26,275 nt of DNA from Candidatus Zhuqueibacterota bacterium (GTDB lineage Bacteria > SM23-31 > B21-G16), in the NCBI GenBank assembly GCA_003644825.1, contig QNDJ01000001.1:1-26275 (forward strand), written 5' to 3'. Under the pieces are notes generated by a model that made no database searches, had not been told where the DNA came from, and saw only the letters and a program-made list of their open reading frames with translations. The position numbers and the translations under genes were made by a program. Positions 1-7,628 of the stretch are shown here, piece by piece; the stretch's first letter is position 1; each line of letters starts with the position of its first letter.

Positions 1-136
1 ATAATCAAAATTCCATTTATTCTTTTCACTATTGTTTTTTAATATAGTTCAATACCAGATAAAAATTTTCACATATTAAGATTATTATCGGACACAATTG
101 ACTTTACATACTCTAAAGTTGTTTTAAACTTAAATT

Positions 137-2653
137 TTATTTGTAATAAAATTTTCTTAATTCATCAAGGACCGCATCTTTAGTTCCAATTATAGTTCTG
201 CATTCAGGCAGAGAATTTAAAAAAATGTTCCCATAATATTTTTCCTGTATTCTTTTATCGAGGATAATAATGGAACCTCTATCGGTATTATTTCTTATGA
301 GCCTTCCAAACCCCTGTTTGAATTTAATTACAGCCTGAGGTACGGTATATTCTATAAAAGAATCTCTACCACTTTTTTCGATTTCTTCTCTTCGTGCTTC
401 ATAAATGGGTTCTGTTGGAACCCTGAATGGAAGCCTGACAATTATTACTGCTTCCAGAGCTTCGCCACTTACATCGACTCCTTCCCAGAAACTATCGGTT
501 CCAAAAAGAACCGAATTAATATCTTTTTTAAATTTTTTCAAAAGATTATGTCTATTTTCATCACCCTGTTTTAACATTGTGATACCAGATAATTCAGGTT
601 TTGTGATAATTTGACTGTATAAAAGATTCAGGAGCATATAGGAGGTAAATAGTATAAATGCTTTACCTTTTGATATTTTCAGTATTTCAGTGATTATAGG
701 TTCAATGTGGAAGGGAAACAAATCCTGTGTTGGAGGAGGAATATCTAATGGAATACCAATTATTACCTGAGATTTGAAGTCAAAAGGAGAAGGAAATAAT
801 CTGGCTATTATTTCTCTTTTTTCTACAGTTGATATTCCTGTTCGGTCTTTGAAATAATCAAAATTGTTATTTACGGTTAAAGTTGCAGATGTCATAATAA
901 TTGTATCAAACTGGTTAAAAAGATATTCCTTAAGAATTGTATCTATTTTTAAAGGTGCAGTATTCAGGCTTACAGAGTTTCCTTTTTTGTATTTTTTTAA
1001 TTCAATCCATTTCACCTCGTTTGTATTATTTTCAAACATAAAATTTTCAATTGAGTTCACATATTCTTCAACTCTTTTTGAAATAGCAGCTATTTCGATT
1101 AGATTTGAATCAAAGATTTTTGAATTTTTATTATTAATTGAGTCGAGCTTTTTATGAAATCTTGAGAGGTTTGTTATAAATATTCCAGCAGAATTAATAA
1201 ATTCTTTTGATTTTAACCTGACTGTATTTTCCCAATCGATGGATTCTTCTATTTTATCAGTGATTCTAAGTTTTAATTCATTCTGTTCATTTTTTATTAT
1301 ATTATCTGTGAATTTAGCTATTTCGTCGAATAATTCTGCTGTTAGATTTACAAGCTCATTTTTCTGAGTGATAAGTGAATCGATTGTTTTTTGTACAGGA
1401 ATAACAGTTTCATCTTTAATTTTATTCAGTTTTTTTGACACCAGTAGTAGCACGCCTTTTGCTTCTTTTTTTCTTAACTGGAACCACAGACGATTGAGAA
1501 TTCTGATTAAACCTTTTTTAGATGTTTTTAAGCCAAAATATTTAGTGGAAACATCTTCAATGTGATGAGCCTCATCAATGATGATGTGGGAATATGGCGG
1601 TAAAATAGCCAGGTCTGCAAAGTTATTTAAGTTTGCTCTTAGAGAAAGATCGGCAAAAAGAAGATGATGGTTAACTATAAGAAGGTCAGCCTGGGAAGCT
1701 TTTCTTCTTGCTTTAAGCAGAAAACAGTTCTTATAAAATGAACACTTAACTCTAAGACAGGTGTCGCTTTCGCATTTTAATCGGTCCCATATTTCTTCCC
1801 GGGGGATGAAGTTGAGGTCTGAAAGACTTCCATCATCTGTAATTTTAGACCATTGAATAAGGGTCATAAGTTCGTCAAGGTTTTCATCAACACCAATAGT
1901 AAGGTCTGACTCTTCTGCTTTAGCCTTTCTTAAGCAGAGGTAGTTGTTTCTTCCTTTAACCAGAACTGCATTAAACTGGATATCAAGGACTTCTTTTAAT
2001 AAAGGTATATCTTTTTTCAAAAGTTGTTCCTGCAAATTAATAGTGTTCGTGGATATGAGAATTTTTTCTTTATTGTTTATAGCCCACATTATTGAAGGTA
2101 TTAGATATGCCATTGTTTTTCCTGTTCCTGTACCGGCTTCGATAATTGATATTTTACTGTTGTTGAAGGCATCGGCGACTTCTATAGCCATTTCTACCTG
2201 ACTTTCTCTGTATTCATACCCCTGAAGATTTTTAGCTATGGGACCGTCTGGACCGAGGATACTTTTTATTTTATCTGTATCAATTGGATTTCTTTCCTCA
2301 CCTTTCCAGCTTTTTGTTACAAACCTTACTTCCGAGACATCATTGTTGATTATGTAAAATCCTATACCCTGATTACCAAGATATGAAGCAAGATTAATAT
2401 CAGGAGGAGAAGGTGTAAGATTACCTGAGGGATGATTGTGAATAACAACATCACCCTGTTTTAGATTATTTATAATCGCAGGTGCCATAAATTCATTTCC
2501 CCAGGAAACAACATTAATTTCTGTAATTTCGTTATTATTATCTGTATGCCCTATTGCAAAAATTTCAGTATTTCCTGCCTTTTCAAGTGCCTTTTTTAAT
2601 TCATTAAGTGCTGATTCTTCTATTAAAAAATCTTCTGTTACTAATACTTTCAT
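137..2653 (-). CDS. dinG: ATP-dependent DNA helicase, DinG/YoaA (XPD-like, Fe-S) family, with N-terminal JAB/MPN (JAMM) domain
   Basis: Q-motif YEYRESQ, Walker A EAGTGTGKT, STNTINLQEQL, KGRNNYLC, Cys cluster C..TCLRVKCSFYKNC, DEAH box (IIDEAHH), SATL, FTSY, SFWEGVD, QGFGRLIR. N-terminal E...HNHPSGNLTPSPPD matches JAMM. The ORF track opens at GTG 2701; ATG 2653 (MKVLV) is preferred from the expected N-terminal length. Confidence 0.9.
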   Translation of the reverse strand: MKVLVTEDFLIEESALNELKKALEKAGNTEIFAIGHTDNNNEITEINVVSWGNEFMAPAIINNLKQGDVVIHNHPSGNLTPSPPDINLASYLGNQGIGFYIINNDVSEVRFVTKSWKGEERNPIDTDKIKSILGPDGPIAKNLQGYEYRESQVEMAIEVADAFNNSKISIIEAGTGTGKTMAYLIPSIMWAINNKEKILISTNTINLQEQLLKKDIPLLKEVLDIQFNAVLVKGRNNYLCLRKAKAEESDLTIGVDENLDELMTLIQWSKITDDGSLSDLNFIPREEIWDRLKCESDTCLRVKCSFYKNCFLLKARRKASQADLLIVNHHLLFADLSLRANLNNFADLAILPPYSHIIIDEAHHIEDVSTKYFGLKTSKKGLIRILNRLWFQLRKKEAKGVLLLVSKKLNKIKDETVIPVQKTIDSLITQKNELVNLTAELFDEIAKFTDNIIKNEQNELKLRITDKIEESIDWENTVRLKSKEFINSAGIFITNLSRFHKKLDSINNKNSKIFDSNLIEIAAISKRVEEYVNSIENFMFENNTNEVKWIELKKYKKGNSVSLNTAPLKIDTILKEYLFNQFDTIIMTSATLTVNNNFDYFKDRTGISTVEKREIIARLFPSPFDFKSQVIIGIPLDIPPPTQDLFPFHIEPIITEILKISKGKAFILFTSYMLLNLLYSQIITKPELSGITMLKQGDENRHNLLKKFKKDINSVLFGTDSFWEGVDVSGEALEAVIIVRLPFRVPTEPIYEARREEIEKSGRDSFIEYTVPQAVIKFKQGFGRLIRNNTDRGSIIILDKRIQEKYYGNIFLNSLPECRTIIGTKDAVLDELRKFYYK

Positions 2654-2709
2654 TACAGATTTAAAATAAATAATATTTATCTGATATTCAAGAAAAATCA
2701 CAATAATAC

Positions 2710-2738
2710 TTGATTAGAATTTTTCATTTTAATATATT
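2710..2738 (+). promoter_or_regulatory. Putative sigma70 promoter for the fumarase-beta unit
   Basis: TTGATT (2710-2715), 17-nt spacer, TATATT (2733-2738). RBS AGGAGGAG lies just before GTG 2788. The region is AT-rich, so a chance match is possible. Confidence 0.45.
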
Positions 2739-2787
2739 AATATAACTACAGAAATGGATAAACATTAATACAGAATAGGAGGAGAAG

Positions 2788-3336
2788 GTGAAAGTATTAA
2801 GACCACCGCTAACAGATAAAGATGTGGAGGACCTGAAGGCTGGAGATAGTTTATTTATAAGTGGAACAATGTATACAGCCAGAGATGCAGCTCATAAAAG
2901 GCTTGTAGATGCTCTTGAAAAAGGAAAAGAGCTTCCTTTTGATGTTGAGGGTCAGATAATATATTACGTGGGTCCAACTCCAGCAAGACCGGGTAATGTT
3001 ATAGGAGCTGCTGGACCTACTACAAGTTATCGTATGGACCCTTACGCTCCAAGGCTTATAGCTGAGGGATTGAAGGGAATGATTGGAAAGGGAGAAAGAG
3101 GACAGGAAGTTGTAGATGCAATGAAAAAGCATAAAGCAGTATATTTTGCAGCTATTGGTGGTGCAGGTGCTCTTATATCGAAGGCAATTAAAAAAGCTGA
3201 GATAATTGCCTATGAAGACCTTGGTGCAGAAGCTATAAGAAAACTGGAGGTTGAGAACTTCCCGGTGGTTGTTGCTCAGGACTGCTATGGAAATAATCTA
3301 TATGTTGAGGGAAGAGAAAAATATAAAAAAGAATAA
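2788..3336 (+). CDS. Fe-S hydro-lyase, class I fumarate hydratase / L-tartrate dehydratase beta (C-terminal) subunit
   Basis: Motifs TARDAAHKR, IYYVGP, GPTTSYRM, MIGKG, DLGAEAI, DCYGNNLY; 182 aa; GTG start with strong RBS. Confidence 0.9.
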   Translation: MKVLRPPLTDKDVEDLKAGDSLFISGTMYTARDAAHKRLVDALEKGKELPFDVEGQIIYYVGPTPARPGNVIGAAGPTTSYRMDPYAPRLIAEGLKGMIGKGERGQEVVDAMKKHKAVYFAAIGGAGALISKAIKKAEIIAYEDLGAEAIRKLEVENFPVVVAQDCYGNNLYVEGREKYKKE

Positions 3337-3360
3337 ATCTCCGTAACCGGTATTTTTTAT

Positions 3361-4230
3361 ATGATTGTAAGATTACTTTATTTATTAATCTTACTATTTA
3401 TTCCGGATGAACTTTTTTCTCAGGAATTGCCCCGGGTAATAAAAGACAGGTTTGGAGAAATGGTCCTGATTCCTGCAGGAAGTTTTATTATGGGAAATAA
3501 TAAAGGGTTTAAAAATGAGAAACCTTCTCATATTGTTTATCTTGATGCTTTTTATATAGATAAATATGAAGTCACAAACAAGTTGTATGCAGAGTTTTTA
3601 AATGAAAAAGGAAATGAAAAACATTTTGCCAATAACCGGGCACAGAAGATAATAAAGAAAAAAATGAATGGCAGTTATAAATTTATTCCAGTTGAGAAAT
3701 ATGCAAATCATCCGGTTGTGCTTGTTAGCTGGTATGATGCAGAAGCATTTGCAAAATGGGCTGGTAAAAGGTTACCAACAGAAGCCGAATGGGAAAAAGC
3801 TGCAAGAGGAACTGATGGCAGGATATACCCCTGGGGTGATTATATAGATAATTCTTTTGCGAACTATCATAATTTTGTGGGTACAACTACGGAAGTGGGA
3901 ACCTATAGGAAAGGAGCTTCACCTTATGGTGTTCTTGATATGGCAGGTAATGTTCTTGAATGGGTGAATGATTGGTATAAACAGGATTATTATTCAAAAA
4001 GTCCGAGTAGAAATCCTCAGGGGCCGGAATTGGTTAAATATGGTATTATGAGATTTTTTAATAAGTATGCTATCTGGAAAACAGATTCAAAAGTACTCAG
4101 AGGTGGTAGCTGGGTAGGAAATGAAGAAGATGTTAGAGTTACAACCCGGTCCCACTATTCCCCAAAATATAAATTTGATGATATTGGTTTCAGGTGTGCA
4201 AAATCTATAAAAAGAAAAAATGAAAGATAG
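3361..4230 (+). CDS. Exported formylglycine-generating-enzyme (FGE-sulfatase/SUMF1) fold protein, probably non-catalytic
   Basis: Signal-like N-terminus (MIVRLLYLLILLFIP..LFSQE); MVLIPAGSFIMG, FYIDKYEVTN, HPVVLVSWYDA, RLPTEAEWEKAARG, YPWG, DMAGNVLEW, RGGSW, GFRCA. Confidence 0.9.
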   Translation: MIVRLLYLLILLFIPDELFSQELPRVIKDRFGEMVLIPAGSFIMGNNKGFKNEKPSHIVYLDAFYIDKYEVTNKLYAEFLNEKGNEKHFANNRAQKIIKKKMNGSYKFIPVEKYANHPVVLVSWYDAEAFAKWAGKRLPTEAEWEKAARGTDGRIYPWGDYIDNSFANYHNFVGTTTEVGTYRKGASPYGVLDMAGNVLEWVNDWYKQDYYSKSPSRNPQGPELVKYGIMRFFNKYAIWKTDSKVLRGGSWVGNEEDVRVTTRSHYSPKYKFDDIGFRCAKSIKRKNER

Positions 4231-4609
4231 CCTTGTACAAGTAAACACTATTTTTGTAAAAAGTGGAATTAAAATAGGAAAAAGTTCAATTAAAGTGATT
4301 GTAAATGATATAAATACCGGTATAGATAGACAAACCGAGCTTATACTCTATGATGCAAAGTTATATGTGAACCCTGACCCGATTCTGATTCTTCTATTTA
4401 ATAGTGAAGGCAGATTAATAAAGATTATCTGGAATAATGAGTGTTTTCCTTTTGGAAGTTATTTTTACACTTCAGAAATTGAGAGATTCCTTGACACTTT
4501 TTCAGAACATATTGCAGTTCTTGGAAAGGAAATTCCCAAGCATATCAACCAACGAATGTGGTCTCTTTATTCAAATTCTCCTGAGGAATTACAGGAATAT
4601 CTTATTTAG
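4220..4609 (+). CDS. Hypothetical protein (129 aa)
   Basis: ATG ORF overlapping the upstream gene by 11 nt and filling the gap to the next gene on the same strand; no recognisable motif. Confidence 0.65.
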   Translation: MKDSLVQVNTIFVKSGIKIGKSSIKVIVNDINTGIDRQTELILYDAKLYVNPDPILILLFNSEGRLIKIIWNNECFPFGSYFYTSEIERFLDTFSEHIAVLGKEIPKHINQRMWSLYSNSPEELQEYLI

Positions 4610-4638
4610 AAGTTTTCCATCCCTGTAAATACTATAAA

Positions 4639-5580
4639 ATGATAAAAAAAGTTAGTAGATTGATTATTATTCCTGTTTTAGTTATAATAACTGTTGCTAT
4701 AATAATCATTATTGAATATATTAAAAAGGATTATATAGAAATTTTCAGAAAGAGTAAAGGTTCAATTGTTGATGTAAAGGAGAAGCTGATTTTGGTAGAT
4801 GATACTGCTACATTATCAGAACTTTATCTGAAAGATGATAAAAATAGGGAGTATCAATATTATATCAGGAAGCCTCTGGTGAACAGTAATGAAGTAATAC
4901 CAGGGCTTATACTTTTAGGTGGTATGGTTACCGGGAAAGATGTAATTAAGCTTGTAGCGGAAATCAAGGAAATTGATAGGGTTATTCTTGCCTCTATGGA
5001 ATATCCTTATAGAGGTAAAAAGAAATTTAAGAATGGGCTGGAATTATTAATACATTACCCTGAAATAAAGGCAGCTCTTTTTAATACTATTCCTGGAATT
5101 ATGTATATTATTGACTATTTGTATAGAGACTCAAAACTGGATAGAGAAAAGTTATATCTTGTTGGTGCAAGTTTTGGGGCATTTTTCACCATAATAGCTG
5201 GAGCTGTGGATGAAAGAATCAGGGCTGTTATTTCGTGTTATGGTGGAGGAAATATAGGATATTTGATGTCTTATAACCTGAATTATAAACCCGAGATAAT
5301 AAATAAGTTATTAGGTGGTTTTGGTGCATTACTTATTGCTCCTTTTGAGCCTTTGAAGTATGTGAATAAAATTTCACCAAGGCCTTTTTTAATGATTAAT
5401 GGAAAAAGTGATGAGCAAATACCCTTAAAGTCGGTTATGGAGTTATATGAAAAAGCAGGAGAACCCAAAGAAATAATATGGCTGGAAACAAAACATTTAA
5501 GGCCTACAAGGAATAAACTTACTCTGGAACTTACTTATGTGGTTGCAAACTGGATGAAAAAGAACGGATTGATTAATTGA
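4639..5580 (+). CDS. Alpha/beta-fold hydrolase with N-terminal membrane anchor
   Basis: Hydrophobic IIIPVLVIITVAIIIIIE after MIKKVSR; nucleophile elbow G-A-S-F-G preceded by DREKLYLVG; candidate acid in NGKSDEQIP and His in ETKH; ISPRPFLMING is typical of this fold. Confidence 0.8.
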   Translation: MIKKVSRLIIIPVLVIITVAIIIIIEYIKKDYIEIFRKSKGSIVDVKEKLILVDDTATLSELYLKDDKNREYQYYIRKPLVNSNEVIPGLILLGGMVTGKDVIKLVAEIKEIDRVILASMEYPYRGKKKFKNGLELLIHYPEIKAALFNTIPGIMYIIDYLYRDSKLDREKLYLVGASFGAFFTIIAGAVDERIRAVISCYGGGNIGYLMSYNLNYKPEIINKLLGGFGALLIAPFEPLKYVNKISPRPFLMINGKSDEQIPLKSVMELYEKAGEPKEIIWLETKHLRPTRNKLTLELTYVVANWMKKNGLIN

Positions 5581-5617
5581 GATATTATAAATGATTGATT
5601 CAGGTGGAGGATAAATA

Positions 5618-6202
5618 ATGAAAAGGTATTCTGTTATATTTTTATTATTTCTTTTTTGTTGTATACTTTTTTGTTCTTCAAGTCAGAATCCGAAAGTTTT
5701 AATAGTTACTGAACTGGGAGATATTAAAGTTGAGATATTTGAGAAAAAAGCACCTGTAACAGCAAAAAATTTTCTTAAGTATGTCGATAATAACCTTTTT
5801 GAGGGTGCTTATTTTTATCGAGTAGTTACTATGGATAATCAACCTGATAATGATATTAAAATAGAAGTTATCCAGGGTGGGATTAATCCTGAAAAGAAAG
5901 ATAAAAGGTTTCCACCTATTAAGCATGAAACTACTGATATGACTGGAATATTACATAAGAATGGGGTTATTTCTATGGCAAGGAATGAACCTGGAACAGC
6001 GACATCGGAGTTTTTTATATGTATAGGTGACCAGCCAGAGCTTGATTTTGGAGGTAAAAGAAACCCTGATGAACAGGGATTTGCAGCGTTTGGAAAGGTT
6101 ATTGAAGGAATGGATGTTGTGAAAAAAATCCAGAAACAACACGCTGAAGGTCAATTTCTTAATCCAAAAATAAAAATAATGAACATAATAAGAGTAAAAT
6201 AA
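5618..6202 (+). CDS. ppiA: Cyclophilin-type peptidyl-prolyl cis-trans isomerase, exported (possible lipoprotein)
   Basis: APVTAKNF, FYRVV, VIQGG, ISMAR, ATSEFFI, AAFGKVIEGMDVV; signal peptide ending in ILFC-SSS; RBS GGAGG. Confidence 0.9.
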   Translation: MKRYSVIFLLFLFCCILFCSSSQNPKVLIVTELGDIKVEIFEKKAPVTAKNFLKYVDNNLFEGAYFYRVVTMDNQPDNDIKIEVIQGGINPEKKDKRFPPIKHETTDMTGILHKNGVISMARNEPGTATSEFFICIGDQPELDFGGKRNPDEQGFAAFGKVIEGMDVVKKIQKQHAEGQFLNPKIKIMNIIRVK

Positions 6203-6208
6203 ATATTA

Positions 6209-6237
6209 TTGACTTTATAGAAAAAAAATTTTATATT
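6209..6237 (+). promoter_or_regulatory. Near-consensus sigma70 promoter for the arcE-arcC-sucCD run
   Basis: TTGACT (6209-6214), 17-nt spacer, TATATT (6232-6237), in the 109-nt gap before ATG 6312. Confidence 0.6.
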
Positions 6238-6256
6238 AAAAATTTAATTTAAATTA

Positions 6257-6279
6257 AGCACTGAGTATAACTCAGTGCT
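6257..6279. promoter_or_regulatory. Perfect 10-bp inverted repeat (operator or 5'-UTR hairpin)
   Basis: AGCACTGAGT-ata-ACTCAGTGCT, a 50% GC stem inside a nearly pure A/T intergenic region, about 20 nt downstream of the -10 box. The repeat is seen directly; its function is inferred. Confidence 0.6.
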
Positions 6280-6311
6280 ACTTATTTTAATGTAAAAACG
6301 GAGAAGTTAAG

Positions 6312-7628
6312 ATGGAAAGGAAAAGAGTTGTAATAATGGGCGCCGCTGGAAGGGATTTTCATAATTTTAATACCTGTTTCAGGGATAATAATAGTTATGA
6401 AGTGGTTGCTTTTACAGCAACACAGATTCCCTATATTGAAAACAGGAGGTTTCCAGCATCAATAGCGGGAAAACTCTATCCTGATGGGATTCCAATTTTC
6501 CCCGAAGAAGAATTAACAGATATAATAAAAAAATATAATGTTGATGAAGTTGTTTTTTCTTATAGTGATGTTCCTTATGATTATGTTATGAGCAAATCTG
6601 CTATAGTTAACAGTTCAGGAGCCGATTTTAAATTACTTGGATTTAAGAAAACAGCCATAAAATCAAACAAAAGGGTAATATCGGTCTGTGCAGTAAGGAC
6701 AGGCTGTGGTAAGAGCCAGACGACACGAAGAGTTTGTGATATTCTTCAAAAAAAGGGTTTGAAACCGGTAGTAATCCGTCATCCTATGCCTTATGGAGAA
6801 CTTGAAAAGCAGAGGGTTCAAAGATTTGCTTCTTACGAGGACCTTGATAAACATAAATGTACTATAGAAGAAAGAGAAGAATATGAATCCCATATAGATA
6901 GAGGGGTAGTTGTTTATGCTGGTGTCGATTATGGAGAGATTCTAAAAGAAGCTGAAAAGGAAGCTGATGTAATTCTGTGGGATGGAGGTAATAATGATTT
7001 ACCTTTTTACCTGCCAGACCTTCATATTACAGTTGCAGACCCCCATAGGGCAGGTGATGAGATTTTTTACTATCCAGGCGAGTCAAATATTCGTATTTCT
7101 AATGTTGTGATTATAAATAAAGTTGATACAGCCGATTTTGAGAATATTGAGGAGGTAAGAGAAAATATTAAAGATATTAATCCGGATGTTAAAATTATAG
7201 AGGCAGCTTCACCGATATTTTCGAACGAGGCTGATAAGGTTAAAGGCAAGCGAGTCCTTGTTATAGAAGATGGTCCAACATTGACTCACGGGGGAATGGA
7301 TTATGGTGCTGGATACATAGCCGCAGAAAAGTTTGGTGCCTCAGAAATAGTTGAACCTTATTCTTATGCAGTTGGTTCAATTGTAGAGGTTTTAGATAAG
7401 TTTGAGGGAGATTTTCCTATACTGCCAGCAATGGGATACAGCGAAAAACAGATAAAAGAGCTTGAAACAACAATTAATAAAGCCGATTGTGATATTGTTC
7501 TTACCGGTACACCGATTAATCTTAAAAGAGTGCTGAAAGCTAATAAACCGATTGTACACATTACTTATGAACTCCAGGAAATAGGTAAACCTACGCTGGA
7601 GGAAGTGTTAGGTGAGTATGGATTCTAA
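6312..7628 (+). CDS. arcE: COG2403 P-loop NTPase (cyclic 2,3-diphosphoglycerate synthetase-like family); probable arginine synthetase ArcE
   Basis: Family motifs MGAAGRDFHNFN, VAFTATQIP, P-loop VRTGCGKSQT, RHPMPYG, CTIEEREEYE, WDGGNND, EDGPTLTHGGM, LPAMGYS. It overlaps a carbamate kinase gene. The family call is strong; the ArcE activity is inferred from family and context. Confidence 0.75.
   Translation: MERKRVVIMGAAGRDFHNFNTCFRDNNSYEVVAFTATQIPYIENRRFPASIAGKLYPDGIPIFPEEELTDIIKKYNVDEVVFSYSDVPYDYVMSKSAIVNSSGADFKLLGFKKTAIKSNKRVISVCAVRTGCGKSQTTRRVCDILQKKGLKPVVIRHPMPYGELEKQRVQRFASYEDLDKHKCTIEEREEYESHIDRGVVVYAGVDYGEILKEAEKEADVILWDGGNNDLPFYLPDLHITVADPHRAGDEIFYYPGESNIRISNVVIINKVDTADFENIEEVRENIKDINPDVKIIEAASPIFSNEADKVKGKRVLVIEDGPTLTHGGMDYGAGYIAAEKFGASEIVEPYSYAVGSIVEVLDKFEGDFPILPAMGYSEKQIKELETTINKADCDIVLTGTPINLKRVLKANKPIVHITYELQEIGKPTLEEVLGEYGF

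Noticed and set aside
1-29. Possible minus-strand GTG start (MKRINGILI...) running off the window
   Set aside because: It looks signal-peptide-like but covers only 9 codons and has no RBS, so it cannot be supported.
2654-2701. N-terminal extension of DinG from GTG 2701
   Set aside because: The extra 16 aa read like translated AT-rich intergenic DNA and have no RBS; ATG 2653 gives the expected length before the JAB domain.
3337-3360. Possible terminator CCG-taac-CGG followed by a T-run after fumarase beta
   Set aside because: A 3-bp stem is too weak to call.
4090-4230. FGE-fold C-terminus as a diversity-generating-retroelement variable region
   Set aside because: FGE/C-type-lectin folds are common DGR targets, but I found no second near-copy (template repeat), reverse transcriptase or avd gene in the window.
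6312-7628. Call as cyclic 2,3-diphosphoglycerate synthetase or generic GTPase
   Set aside because: No 2-phosphoglycerate kinase nearby, and the overlap with carbamate kinase favours an arginine/carbamoyl-phosphate role. Not excluded without phylogeny.
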